Positions 25,986 to 38,986 of a DNA stretch of 64,000 bases are shown piece after piece. Every line of letters begins with the position of its first letter. Position 1 is the first letter of the stretch. This DNA comes from Botryllus schlosseri (Eukaryota). Made by a program: the position numbers and the translations under genes. The stretch spans positions 23,252,001-23,316,000 of the forward strand of contig CM119371.1 in NCBI GenBank assembly GCA_051294905.1. The letters run 5' to 3'. The notes beneath the pieces were generated by a model. That model was given only the letters and a program-made list of their open reading frames with translations, did not search any database and was not told the origin of the DNA.

Positions 25986-26906
25986 ATGGAGCATTATTGT
26001 GCGCTCAATGTTCTGATGGTGGTCAACGCTGTAACTGCGGTGGCTACCGCTGCTATTTACTGGGACAACAATGACTTCTCAGAGAGGATTGTGATTCCAC
26101 TTTTTATATTGCTCAGTGCGGCTTTCGGGACCATTGTGACTTTGTGCATGTCATTTTATTCGGCGGATGCATGGGGAATCACAGACGATGTCAGACAGTG
26201 GAAAGGTAGGACCAGGGATTATTACGTCGTTGCAAGTCTGCTTCAAGCACTTTTTCAGTCCATTCCTCACCATATTCATACACGAATACCCCAATCCGAA
26301 GAAGAAGAGGTAGACGAATTCGACTTTTACGTACCCATTGCAATATACTTTACGTCAACAATAGTCGGCTTCCATATGCCACACGTGGCGTACTTGGAAC
26401 ACAGCGGCATCCAATGGTCGTTTCGAGAATTTTTCTTTTCATTTGCGAGTAGATCGGGCTTATTTGCTGCAAAATTGGCCTTCCTCATGCAAATGACGTA
26501 TGTTGCTGGATACTGGACTTTTACATTCATTGTTGTGAACTGGATTCTGCGATGGGCAACAATTGTCTGCTGTCATGAAAGCGATAATCGCCAGTCCTTC
26601 GTTCCGTGGTTTAGAAAGATGACAAGCGATAAAATGATTGCCTTGTACTACATCTTCACCCCTCTATTACCCCACGATGGCAGCAAATCTTCCACCTTAA
26701 ATGTGATTTTTTATGTGATAGATCAACTCTTGCAGTCATTCGTTTCTTTCACGCTGTGGGACGAAGCGTACTTGGAACATATCCCTCTGTTTTTTATCAA
26801 CAATGAAAAAATTCAGCTGCTCAATTTCGTTGGTATTAGTCTATTGTTGGTATCAGTATCCATTTACAGAATACAGTGTCGTGGATATCGTTATGTTATC
26901 GCTTAA
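25986..26906 (+). CDS. XK-related-like multi-pass membrane protein, paralogue E (306 aa)
   Basis: Intact ORF, closest to paralogue A. Carries a 3-aa in-frame deletion in the SIPHLWLH motif. Confidence 0.88.
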   Translation: MEHYCALNVLMVVNAVTAVATAAIYWDNNDFSERIVIPLFILLSAAFGTIVTLCMSFYSADAWGITDDVRQWKGRTRDYYVVASLLQALFQSIPHHIHTRIPQSEEEEVDEFDFYVPIAIYFTSTIVGFHMPHVAYLEHSGIQWSFREFFFSFASRSGLFAAKLAFLMQMTYVAGYWTFTFIVVNWILRWATIVCCHESDNRQSFVPWFRKMTSDKMIALYYIFTPLLPHDGSKSSTLNVIFYVIDQLLQSFVSFTLWDEAYLEHIPLFFINNEKIQLLNFVGISLLLVSVSIYRIQCRGYRYVIA

Positions 26907-27442
26907 AGAATTTATATTTTCATTGCTGAAATTATGGAAGAATAGTATTGGCCTACCTGTAGTAATTGTGTCACTATTTCCCGTACAAAGTTAGCAGTCT
27001 CTTTGAACATATTCAATATAGTTTCCTACTTACCGTCGTGATTATATTATTCCGGAATTTGAGGCCATGCTACAGCTCTTCGTAATATATTTCGACTCTG
27101 TCACACAGAGCGCAGCGCCTCTGGTACTGTATTATGATGATTCAATATTCATTCTCCGAACATTACTACGTAAAAATGAACTCACGCACAGTATGAACTC
27201 TTCTTTCCTATAAATAACCAATTCGTGCAAAATCATCACGGCGCAAATGCCATGATTATATGATCAACAAACATAACCGGCTTACAGACGAAATAGGGCC
27301 ACTAACACTGCCGAAGGATTGTTACCTCAATAACCCCTGTCGTGGGACACCAGTTAAGTATAGTTGTGGGCTATCGTATGCGCTTAGGATGATATATAAA
27401 TATATATATAAATATATGCGACCATCTGTATAATGACTAGAG

Positions 27443-28852
27443 CAGTGGTTCTCAACCTTTTTGACTTCGCGGACCCCTTTTCACCGTGACGGACCTTCGC
27501 GGACCCCCGAAAGTTTTAGTTCAAATTTAGCACAATCATGGTGCGACCGTTTTGTGCGAATATGAACAGTATGCTTGTGATGAACAGCAACAAAATGACT
27601 TTTCTTGAAAATAACAGTATACTATTTATGTAGAAATTGGGTAGACTTTTATTATTTCGAAGCTAATTTTGCCGAGGTATTTCTTGAAGGAAGTGGTGAT
27701 ATGAACGAGTGCCGAGAATCCCTTTCCACAAAGACAGATAGAGGCTAATGTAATGTTATAACGTGCTCTGATCGTAGGCGCGCTTTCTTCTTGGTCCGCG
27801 GCTCGGTGCAGATAACGCTGACAGGTTAGCGTAACGGCGATGTTCTTCCGACGGTGACTAAAAGCGACTCACATTAAAGAGTGCATCACAACAAGACGTA
27901 GCAGTAACATAATCAGTGATCAGCGAGGGTAATTATAGGTTAATCATGGAGCGGTACGCTACAGTAATAACGAGTAAGGCTTCCGACGACACTGTTGATG
28001 TTCTCGCCACATTTACGGCACCATGATGATGAAACATATTTTTAATGAACATATCACGTCCAGCCTAGTCATTTTTATCAGGCATATCACCTTGAAGTTA
28101 TTCTGGAATAGGGGTGGTGTTATTAATATTATTATTATTACAACACACGACGTTGGTGCTTATTGCCTATTTTAGGGCTTTGTGCTCCACGACAGGATAT
28201 ATTTTACACAGTTCGATGTATTTTTCCATGGTCAAATTCTCTTGGACTCTCTCAATCTATTTATCTTCCAGGCTTTCATCGGTTCTTTTGCCGTAAAATT
28301 TCAGCTCGACCCACTGTCATTTCTAGGCTTTTTAAGTCTCTGCAAGTGGTTATGTATATCACAGAATAAATGTATTTCGTGGCGAGGTCTCAATCCCTTC
28401 TTGGGAAAAAATAGGGAAACTACTTCAGGAGTTTTTATTTCATACGACTGTTCACTAATTTGATGACACCGACAACTCTAAATCGAAAAGGTTTCTCAAA
28501 CATTCACCAAGTCAGCCTAGTTGACATTACTATCTCCATATTTTTATTTTTTCCACAAACCCCAACAAAACGTCTCTAAATAGCAATGTCGTTTGTATCA
28601 GTAGGTTATTGGCAATTTGGCAATAAAAATGAATGTTCACAGTAAAATATTTCATGTCAGAAGATTATTCTGATGATGTGAGTAATGAGGTTTTACCAGT
28701 TGTGGAGGAAAACTGCCTTATGCTTTCTCTACTTTAAAAACAAAATAAAAATTAGGTTATGAATCATTTCATAAATTTAGAGGTCTCGCGGACCCCCTGA
28801 AATTGCTTCGCGGACCCCCAGGGGTCCGCGGACCTCCGGTTGAGAACCACTG
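27443..28852. mobile_element. hAT (Buster/Charlie-like) non-autonomous element
   Basis: Perfect TIR CAGTGGTTCTCAACC, perfect TSD GACTAGAG, CGCGGACCCC subterminal repeats. Confidence 0.92.
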
Positions 28853-28986
28853 GACTAGAGAAAGGAAGACAAAATCACTCATTCGAAATTGATCGAGTTA
28901 TTTTTCATACAGCACGATATAAATCAGTCACGTCGAAGCGAATTCTACGATAATGATAATATATGATAATGATAATCTCATGTAGA

Positions 28987-29830
28987 TCATGTTCGCTCAT
29001 CCCCGCTAACACGGTTGTTGATACAACACCTACTCGCACCACTGATCAACGTGGAAATTTTGACATAACAGGTCCTTCTCCGGTAGGCGTTATCCTCGGA
29101 CAAGTAGTGCAATATATGGCGAAGGTTAGGGATAATGAAGTAGTTGTACATGTGAATAAGAAAAGACACCAGCGTTGGTTTGGAAAAGTTTCCGCGAACA
29201 TCTAATATGGCGAGTAATAGCTGTTGCTGGGAATTATACCCTTCGTAGAGGATTAGGTTTCGATGGGAATGATTAAAAGCGAGAACAATTTGTTCTCAAC
29301 CATTCTCCTTTCAAATCCCTCATAGTGGATATGCAGCTAAAATATTTGGACGTGTTTTACCATTCCAATCCACCTCTGTGATATCGAGGTACGTCTTACG
29401 ACATCACTTCTGAGCCCTTAGCGAACTTTCTGGCACGCTGTTCTCGGCTGTTGCACTTTCTCACCCGAAACAACCAGTTATAGGCAGAGAAGGAATTTTA
29501 GATTGTTGCCAGCAAATTTTACGTAGGAACTGAATCCTACGAAATAAGGTTGTTGTGCTCCGGTAAGTATGAGAGATATACTTATGGCAGCGGCGTTTGA
29601 TGGAGGATGTTCAGTCACGTATATTCGTGTGTGAAGCTTGTATATAATCTGACTCCTTGAAATACTTAACGGCAACATGAATAGTTTTCTACTCCTATAT
29701 CCGTTTTGACTGATACTTCAAGTTTGACATGAAATTCCACCATCGACGACTTGGTCTAATTTGGTCCAGGTATATGCGGATGTATTCGAATTACAAAGTA
29801 TACTGAACCTATCAAGCTGAGTATGTAAGT
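28987..29830 (-). pseudogene. Possible heavily decayed relic of the XK-related-like family
   Basis: Minus-strand fragments occur in the expected order across different frames: NTSAYT (cf. VTSAYT), KLHTRI...SLILTGAQQPY (cf. HLYTRI...SIMAGLHLPH), LILYEGYNS (cf. LLPYDGTES), LVSFLI, RRRTCY (cf. RRTRY). Confidence 0.4.
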
Positions 29831-29958
29831 GTATAGCATTGGAGTTGAAACTGGAGTTGATGAAAGGTCAACGCAAATATTAGTTTTTTCATTGCAAGGT
29901 CATGGTCCATGTTTTAATATTGTCACATTCTCGATAGTAGAAACACATAACCTGATAT

Positions 29959-30444
29959 CAGTGTTAGGATCAAGTCACTGCATTCGAGTCACGAGTCACT
30001 CGAGTCATTGTAAATTTTGACTGGAGTCAAGTCAAATCAATCGATATTCAAAGGTGACTCGAGTCAAGTCAAGTCACTAGATTTTTGAAGGTGACTCAAG
30101 TCAAGTCAAGTCACGAGTCAGTTTGCATTTCAAGTCAAGTTGGCTTTTCGAACTATGAGACATGATTAGGTCATTGCAATTTGCTAACTGTCTGAAATAC
30201 AGATTTAGTGGCCATTGATTTCTAATCGATGAACGAATATAGAGTTAAATATACACGCAAGAAGGCGCTGCATCGCTCAAATATACGTAGACCTGTTAAA
30301 CTGCGTAATTGCATAGCCTTAGTTTATAGTTACCAACCAAAATCGAGAATAGAGAAACAAATTGATAAGATGTAATACATTACCCATTTACAAATAGATA
30401 TGATACAATTGGAGCCTGCGTCAATGGTTGAGGACTATATAAAC
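29959..30444. mobile_element. Left part of a second GAGTCAAGTCA-family element, interrupted at 30445 by another hAT end (CAGGGGTGGGCAA)
   Basis: Starts CAGTGTTAGGATCAAGTCAC and is collinear with 19678 onwards. Confidence 0.75.
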
Positions 30445-33254
30445 CAGGGGTGGGCAATTATTTTTCTCCGCGGGCCAAATGAGCAACAGAAAATACGTTG
30501 GCGGGCCGACTGAAAATGTTTAGATATATTCCCCGGCTTATTAATTTTATTCTAAATTGAAAGCAGTGAATTACATTGTTAATAAATGCCACTCAGCGGA
30601 TACGCTGATATTATAGATAACGAGAAAATGACGGTAAATTAAGAAAAACATAAATCTATGTATTTTCCACCATAACTCGAAACAATGATAAACGTGATAC
30701 ATTTTGAATTCTCTTTAATCCAGGTTTTCATATTAAAATATTAAAAAGGTATTTGATATACTACATAGCTTATTGTCAAAACGTCATTACCAACGTCTTG
30801 GTGTGTCGTGTCGCGATAACAACCGATGCCGAAATGCTGATCTCTAGAAATTAAACGCTTTTTCGGGGAGAGGGGTAGCCATATTAATACCATATAATCA
30901 AGTCATCAAGCCACGATAAATCGTGCGAATCGCGAAGAAAATTTTGATAAAGTTTTGCAAATATCTGAAAAAACTGTAAAATTTATAATAATTTAGGAAA
31001 TAATTTTGGTCCCCCTTCGAGCTCCGGCCCCTCCAATTAGGGGTTTGGGGTGCGACAGTTGCGGCCCTGCGTTTAGTGCTCCATACCGTCTTTGCATTTC
31101 AGCTTCCAACGGTCAATTTTTTACATGCCCGTTCCTCCTTTATGGATGATGCAGGAATATCTAGAACTTCTAGATTCTCTGGGATGATGATGTCTCATAG
31201 TATTTCGAAACGTGGCCAATTACGAAACATTTGAAGCACATGCCGAATAATGCGTAATGTGGCAATGGCAATAAAGAAGGTTTGAACTAAACTATATGGA
31301 AAGAGTGACTTATTGTGACTTTAACTGTTGCGACATACTTGGCTACATTGGCTTCATTTTGAATCTGGATCACGCATGCGAGATTGCGAGGGACGTAGGA
31401 TGAGTAATCGCGGCATATTGGGAGCAGTCTCCAAAGTAAACCAATTTCCGTTGCGGCTCAGTTTATAGGCCTACCGCCCTACAGCTCAGGGTCTCATTCT
31501 ACGCAGCAATATTGCATTCTGTGGGTATGGATGCAATGTGTGTTTCCGAGTGTGACTCAAGCATTACATCAACACACTAGGTTTGCACTATACTGTTGAT
31601 TAAATTTACGAAGGAATGTCAAAACAGTGGAAGTCCACACAGGCAGCTAGATATTAGTTCAAGGCTGCGCGCTAAAAAAATCAAAAGCTCTGCAGTAGAG
31701 TGAAGACAATACCGGACTGATTTTGCAACGAGCGTCATACACAAATATACTTGGCTGCGTGAACCGCCATACCGTTAGTTACCGTAATCAAAACAGCGTG
31801 GATCGTATTACGCGCTGTTTAGTAAGACAGAGTTCCTTCATTATTGAGAACACTTAACCAATCATTATTTTTGTCTGGCGGCATGACTGGCCTCTACTGT
31901 CCAACAGTATGCTTGAATATGCTGGTAAAGTTGCAAGCTAAGTGAGATGCGATTCGTTATCATGGACGTTTGAGATTACAGGTCGCAGTATACAGAGAAA
32001 TCAACTACGTATACGGTCCATGCTAAGTCAATGTTAAAAGTAAATAAGCAATAGTAAAAACTTACCTATAGCTGTTAGTTCACGTCGTTTTTTTCGGATG
32101 AAAATGTAGCTCAGTGCGTGAAGGTTTGAGAATTGGGATCCTTGTTCGGAAGATTGACGATGACATCACCGTGAAATAACGTGGATTGGGATGCCCTACC
32201 ATAAATGATATATTTACGTTGAATGACGATAGAGAATTATAATCAAAGACAAAGGCGGGCAATTTTTTAGGGCGCAGGCGCATTCAACATTTGAATCCAT
32301 TCGCGGGTCGCACAATATAAAATTGGGATATCAAGCACAAATCCAGGATTGTTATATGATTATGTAGTAGGGTTACCATAATTTGGAATCGGGAAAGCAG
32401 GATACTTTGTCAAAATGTTTAAACTTAGATTACCGGTGGAAAATCCTGTAAAATTAGTCAATTTTTCCCACTTTGTAGTCGGTTGACTATAAAAAGGTCA
32501 ATAGTATCTTTTCCTTCAGTTTATCAGGTGGTTGATTAAAAAAAGGTCAACTTGCGTTCATCTCCCGTACTACCCGCCAGTCCCGCTATGTGAGAAGCTA
32601 TCACATATCACAATTTAACGTAGCGATGGATGGAGATACATACAGCAGGTACATCAGCACGGGAATATATTTGCTGCCCATTACGTATTGGCCATCGCTA
32701 CTATACAGTTCATACAGCACTGTTCATTTCCGAAATTGATAGTGACTTTCACTGTTCTATGATTGTCCGATTGTTAGCGAATAGTGATTGAGGCAGATTT
32801 GATTCTGCCTCACCTGACTATTGTTTCTTTGCGCAGCCATTTCGCGTAATAAAGCCACTTTTCACGTTCCACGGGGGGTTCCAGTGCCCTAAGATGGTTA
32901 ATATTCGGATTTTCGGAATTGGTGTTACAATAGTATTTGATGAATACCAGTTATTACGAATTCTGTGATGTTTATGAGGAGTTGAACTGTCGCAGATGAG
33001 CCACGACCAGCCCGTGTCTCACCTGTGCCTCACCTCTTCTTTCGCGCTGCATTTCTGAACAATAATTATGAAAATTAGTGATGTTGGATGAAGATATATT
33101 CAAATTTAGTTATTCATGGACATTGACGGTAAATATCGGTAATTATTGAAAGTATTCACAATTTTAGTTACTCACCCTCGCTCCAGGTGGGTCAGTGCCT
33201 CACTTGCCTCCCCGACCGCAGGTCACTGGGTCGTGCTATTGCTATGATATAGGA

Positions 33255-34626
33255 CAGTGGTCGGAAGCCATATATGGCTCTTTTGGGCATAAGATATGGC
33301 TCTTTGCGAAATTTTTATTTTTGTGCTTAATTTATGAATACTGCAGCAACTTGTTATTAAATCTCCAGCACGAGCAGTACAATTATCCTTGTGGCAGTAT
33401 AAAAATGCTTTTCAGAGGGTAATAATACAGCAGTGACGTATTCAGGTTCTGACCCCCCTTTCAAAATCCTGAAATTGAAGTTGATGTCGCGCCGCGACCA
33501 ATATCACTCGCAAATTCGATGTACTCGGTACGAAATCTTGAATTTCACGATGCATTCATTGTTCAAAGAGACTAGGAGACAGGGCAGCGCCTGTGTCACA
33601 ATGCAGTTTTCAGATATACATTGTCTTCCTGATCTCCGGCGGAAATAAACTGCCGTGGAAGTGACATTCACAATTACAAATTCAAATTACAAACAACGCC
33701 ATAGCTATATATACTTTCTTGATTGATGAAGTAGCTTTGTAGTCGCCGTTAGAATCTAGGCGTGTTGCGCAAATGTTACCACCGAATACTTTGAGAATTG
33801 AGAAGCCGAATGCGAATCAGTGCGACAATTACATTGGAATAATATCAGTTATTATACATTCTATATTTACGATGAATTGCGCTATCACAATGCCTTAGCC
33901 TCTGTTCCGAACTTTATTTTCTAACAATAAATAGGCTGTAAGTTGCGTGATTTTGCTAGTAAAAATGTTCAGAATCTAGTAGACAGGTGAGGCACTGCCT
34001 CACTTGCCTCCCCTAACCCCATGTAACTAACAAATCACAAATGGGTATGTATACTAATGTACAGAGATCATATTAGGCTCCACCTGCGTATGCCATCATG
34101 GGTAGTTACAAGACGAACGATCTCGTATAACTGACGAAAGTCTCAAATTTAGTATGAGGCTTAACCTTAACGATTTATCAACTATACTAAAAAGCAATCA
34201 GGAATACAATGCAACACCAAAAGACGCAATAACTGTAAAAGCGTTTTTAAAGTAAATTCATACACTTATTGTTGTCTCTGTCGCTTGGAAATCTAAATGT
34301 TATGGGTCTTGAGCTTCGTAAAATATCATATGTCTCTCAGTGCGATACAATTAGAAATATATTACTTGCAAAAAAATCTATGTAGCTCAAGTTTTGCATA
34401 CTCTTTATTCAAATAAGGCGGCCAGCATGATTAGTACGAGTTTTCACTGAGAAAATACTGTGCAAACTACGAATCCCGTGTAGTGATGTCGAATTTGCGC
34501 AACTATGACGTTACGATTTGTCATTTGTGACGTAGTGGTTGTTTGACATGTATGGCTCTTTGGGAGGTAAAATGGAAAATATACGGTCAATATGGCTCTT
34601 AGGACGAAAAAAGTTCCGGACCACTG
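33255..34626. mobile_element. hAT element (TIR CAGTGGTCGG), with internal insertion
   Basis: TSD ATATAGGA/ATATAGTA and TATGGCTC subterminal repeats. Homologous to 41582..42506. Confidence 0.82.
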
Positions 34627-35493
34627 ATATAGTAGATTTGTGGTTCGTCACAAGTGACGTACAGAACGTAGTTTTACCGTACAGTATTCGAACGCGTTAT
34701 GCACATTTCAGCCAATGTACCGCACTTATTACTATTTCCCAATTCTAAAGTTGGATTTGTATTGTTGCTATGTTTTACACCTATAGAAAATCAAATCGTT
34801 TTTTGAATTGCCTTTTCACTCGCATATTTTCATGCATGTCGACATAGTTAGTGGTCCAGTCACTCTAATTCAAATAAGACGAGAAATTATTAGTTTATCG
34901 CACATTCAGATATGTTATACTCAACATCCGATCCCCAATGCCATTACGGTCAATTATGTTTTGAACGTGCATTTCAAACCGAGATTGCGTTTTCAGCACT
35001 GTAGGCTAGGTTTCATTGATATACCTATAATTTTGTGTTTAATTTCCGCATTCCTGGCGATTTAATATCCGTGAATGAAAGTTTGGGGGCAACATGAAAC
35101 AGTATAAATTCCGCGTATTTCGCATTGACATAAAACAAAATTGTTGGTAAGGTTGTGGGTGACAAACGGAAAACTTCATCACTCCATCATCCAACGGGTC
35201 ATTTTAAAGAATTGAATTTACCAATAATAATAATAACATCCACCGTCACAGTATACAATGAAGCTCCATAGCTCGCGAAATAAAAAAAATGTATCATCAT
35301 GTTATGTTGCCTGAAAACTGTATTCTCTCAAATTTATGGATATTGTGCAGATAAAATTGATAACTTCTAGTTCGTTTCAATTCATCTTACAACGCAGCTG
35401 TGCACTTTGACAGAACCCCATATATATAGCTTTTAATTTTGAATATTTACTATAATCTCAGACCCGTTCGTAAAGACAGCTCAATCGATCGGC

Positions 35494-36471
35494 ATGATGT
35501 TCGCGAGGATATGCTCCACAATCTGTGGTTACTGCTGGAATCGAATGGACTATAGAGCGATCAACGTCTTGATGCTGATGAACGCTGTGACATCAGCGTA
35601 TACGACTCTAGTCTACTGGCAGGACGCTAACTTGTCGGAGGGATCTTTGATTCCTCTTCTCACTATGCTTAGCATGCTATTCGGTTATGTTGTGACTATG
35701 TGGCTGTCACTGTATTCTTTTGCGGTGCGGTATTGCACGAAAGATGTCGCGCATTGGAGGGAGGAGGTAGCCGAAAATTATATGGTCGCAAAACTGCTGC
35801 AAACTATTTTTCAGTCAATTCCCCAACTTTGTCTTCATCTGTATATACAAATACCCAATACCGAGCAGGTTGACGTACACAAATTTGAATTTTACCTACC
35901 TATTCTAGTATTCAGCATGTCAATAATGATCGGGTTGCATCTGCCGCATGTAGTATACCTAAAGTACAGAGACATCCCTAGTTCATTCCGAGAATTTTTC
36001 TTCTCCTGCTCGTGCAGGGCGGCGTTGTTCGCTGCGAAAATGGCGTTCCTAATGCAAGTAACGTATGTTATGGGATGCTGGACTTTTGCCTTTATAGCGG
36101 GACATTGGTTTGTGCGTTTGCTGACACTTGTCTGTTATAAAGAAAACGATAGTCGCGACTCCTTCGCGCGGTGGTTTCAAAATTGTTCAAGCATCAGACT
36201 GTTAGCCTGGTACTATATTTTTACTCCGTTGTTGCCGTACGATGGTACTGCATCTTCCATTTTCAAGGTGTGCTATTTCGCGGTAGATCAGCTCCTGCAA
36301 GCCTTCCTCTCGGTCATATTATGGGATGACGCGTATTTCGAATATATTCCCGAATGCTTTATCGGCAATGAGAAAATTCAGCTGCTTAATTTCGTCGGTA
36401 TTACTCATTTGTTGGTGGCAGTTTCTATCCACGGAGTACGATGTCGTCGTGCTCGGTACTTTACAGCGTGA
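35494..36471 (+). CDS. XK-related-like multi-pass membrane protein, paralogue F (325 aa), recent duplicate of D
   Basis: Intact ORF, gap-free collinear with 18694..19671. Upstream ~170 bp and 3' UTR are also homologous. AATAAA near 36560. Confidence 0.9.
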   Translation: MMFARICSTICGYCWNRMDYRAINVLMLMNAVTSAYTTLVYWQDANLSEGSLIPLLTMLSMLFGYVVTMWLSLYSFAVRYCTKDVAHWREEVAENYMVAKLLQTIFQSIPQLCLHLYIQIPNTEQVDVHKFEFYLPILVFSMSIMIGLHLPHVVYLKYRDIPSSFREFFFSCSCRAALFAAKMAFLMQVTYVMGCWTFAFIAGHWFVRLLTLVCYKENDSRDSFARWFQNCSSIRLLAWYYIFTPLLPYDGTASSIFKVCYFAVDQLLQAFLSVILWDDAYFEYIPECFIGNEKIQLLNFVGITHLLVAVSIHGVRCRRARYFTA

Positions 36472-37276
36472 TCATGTCGTGTCTTCGCTGTAGAAAAATC
36501 ATATAAAACTCCGTCTATACGTGGTAATTTTTTTCGCTATTATTCGTGCAAGGCTAGTTAATAAAATGAAATTAATATTGAATATTTTTTAATGTTCATC
36601 CTCTAGCATCGTTACCTCATGAAAAAGGTTCTGTCAAGCAAGTTGGTGGATAAGACCAACATGGGGCGATCTAGGAATGTAATTCAAAATTTCAAATAAA
36701 TTTAGACTTGGCAAGGTCTGTATCGCGGGATTAGCAATAAACAAAGGAACCTTTATTACGTCTAGGGTGCTCCATGATTATACGTGAATTGTTTTAAATC
36801 GTGTATATGATACGCCTAACACATGTCCGATGAATATGGCGATACTGTGCTTAATGTCACAGTAAGTTTCCCTCCCTCGACGGTGCCACATGCTCCACTC
36901 GTCACTTATTTAGAAACTGCGTAAAGGTGGTCAGAGAAGTCATTATATCGTACTCGAAGAGAAATTAAGCCGTCATTTTCAATTCAATTACAAGTAGAAA
37001 CCGCGATTTCCACGACAGTCGAACATAGATCAGCTTGACGTTGCAAATGAAGATCCGAAAAGTACTCTAGAGCTTGAGAAGGTCCATTAGGACGAAGGGT
37101 CGCATAGCCTACTGTTAGCGGTTCGTCGGATCGAACGAACGAGAAGTGACCAATGACACTACAAATAGGTACAACCTTTCAACGTATATTCGGTTACAGA
37201 AGTGGTTCTCAAACTGTGTGTGTGGGGGGGGGGGGGGGGGGGGGAAGCTGCGGTAAACTGAAAACTGCACTGATCT

Positions 37277-38611
37277 GGCGAGATTGCGTAGCGGTATGAT
37301 CCACAACTGCACCATCAATGGGTTGCGGGTTCGAGCCCGTCCGAGGTCGACTCCGGAATTTCTGCCAAAGTGTTGAAGGTTTATCTAGACCAGGGGTGGG
37401 CAAACTACGGCCCGCCACACCGTTCTGTGCGGCCCGGGAAAGTCTAAAGAAACTTTTTTAAAATATTGATAAAATCCGTACTAAAAATCGAATTAATGCA
37501 TAGGGACTTCATTAAACTTTTTCTTAGTATATTTCACCATGATAATTCGAAGACAGTGGTTCTAAAACTGGGGTACGCCCCCCCTCCAATGAAAATTTTT
37601 TTCGATTGCTCTGTATTTAGTCTCAATTTCATATTTAAAAATTCCTGATCCACATTCGTAACCCTCCGTGCCATCCAACTATCTGTTAGGTTGCTAGCAC
37701 CCTAGTTGCGTTTTGTGATATGACGATGAGGGTGGCGCGAAATTTTTCACCATCACAAGGGGGGGGGGCGTGTCTCAAAAAATTTTATAGCCACTGTTCT
37801 GAGGTAAATACTTCCTTATTTTATGATTCATTTCTGGCGCGACAGCCCGATCTCAAGGCGCACGCAGTTTGAAAGGTTTCAACTACTAAACATCACAGAA
37901 ATCCTAAACGAGATTGACATAATTCGGATCACGAGTTCGATTTCATATTGGCCACTTCATTGCAGTATTAATTCTTTCAGTGATGTGCTTATAGAAACGA
38001 TTTGCGCGTGTCTTAGGTAGATTCGTTCTCTGTATGCGTAGAATTGGGGTATTTATATTTTATCCATACATCGTAGATTCGTGTTTGAAGCTAACATGGT
38101 TATGATGCGGTCAGTATTGTGTCCTGGAACTGAGCCAAAAGTCGAATTAGTAAATCTATGAACAGATCGCTGCTCATAGATTTAAATTGCAATCCTGCTC
38201 TAAGAATCGGGACAAACGACTTTCATCTCTATAATTTTGACAAATTGGGTATTGAGGTCGACCAGCCTATGAAATCTCGCCTCTATGTTTCTGACGTGTG
38301 TACGATATCATCAAAGCAATGTTTGTTTTGTTTTAAATAGGAACTTATATAATCTCCATGTCCTCACCATATAATCTCAATTTTATATAATGCGGCCCGC
38401 GAATGGATTTAGATGTTGAATGCGGCCCGCAAGCTCAAAAGTTTGCCCCCCTGATCTAGACTGTTCCTCGCCACGTGATCCGAGTAAGCGGTGTCTTGTA
38501 AAAATCTAGAATTGAGCCGTGCTAAAAGTCGGTAAATACGGAATCAAATAAAGAATATCAGCCTGGTGTATAATGACCATTGTAGCCGAAACACCATGAA
38601 TATAAAAAAAA
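37277..38611 (+). mobile_element. tRNA-derived SINE interrupted by a hAT MITE
   Basis: Head GGCGAGATTGCGTAGCGGTA (A box-like) ... GGGTTCGAGCCC (B box). Body resumes after 38461 and ends ACACCATGAATATAAAAAAA. Confidence 0.72.
37391..38453. mobile_element. hAT (Charlie-like) composite MITE
   Basis: TIRs CAGGGGTGGGCAAAC / GTTTGCCCCCCTG and perfect TSD ATCTAGAC. Confidence 0.9.
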
Positions 38612-38986
38612 CATAGCTCTGTGTGTAGTCCAGATTTCATATTTGTAAATTCTCTCATCAACAGTCATAACCCTTCCTTACCATCAAACTATCGCTTCGG
38701 ATTGCTAGCATTTTGGTGCATTTCGTGATATGAAGATAAGGAGGACGTGAAATATTTCACTTATATAAACGGGGACGCGTCTAAAAAAGTTTAAGAACCC
38801 CTGGGTTAGAGTGATACGGTGGCGATTTCACGCGGATCTTGCAACAATGTCGGTCATAATAGTGGTAAAAACTGATCCCGAAATTTTCAAAATCCAAATT
38901 AGAAAGTATATAGTTTTACCAGTAAAAGTGGATGGTCTGTAACAAAGCGACTTGAGTATTTCGAAAAACAATGGAAGTTACTGGTC

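Noticed and set aside
37224..37244. Long poly-G tract (poly-Pro ORFs on the minus strand)
   Set aside because: Low-complexity run next to a truncated hAT end, with no coding support.
37277..37345. tRNA-like sequence with GGTTCGAG
   Set aside because: No convincing cloverleaf. It continues into a dispersed repeat body, so it is a SINE head, not a tRNA gene.
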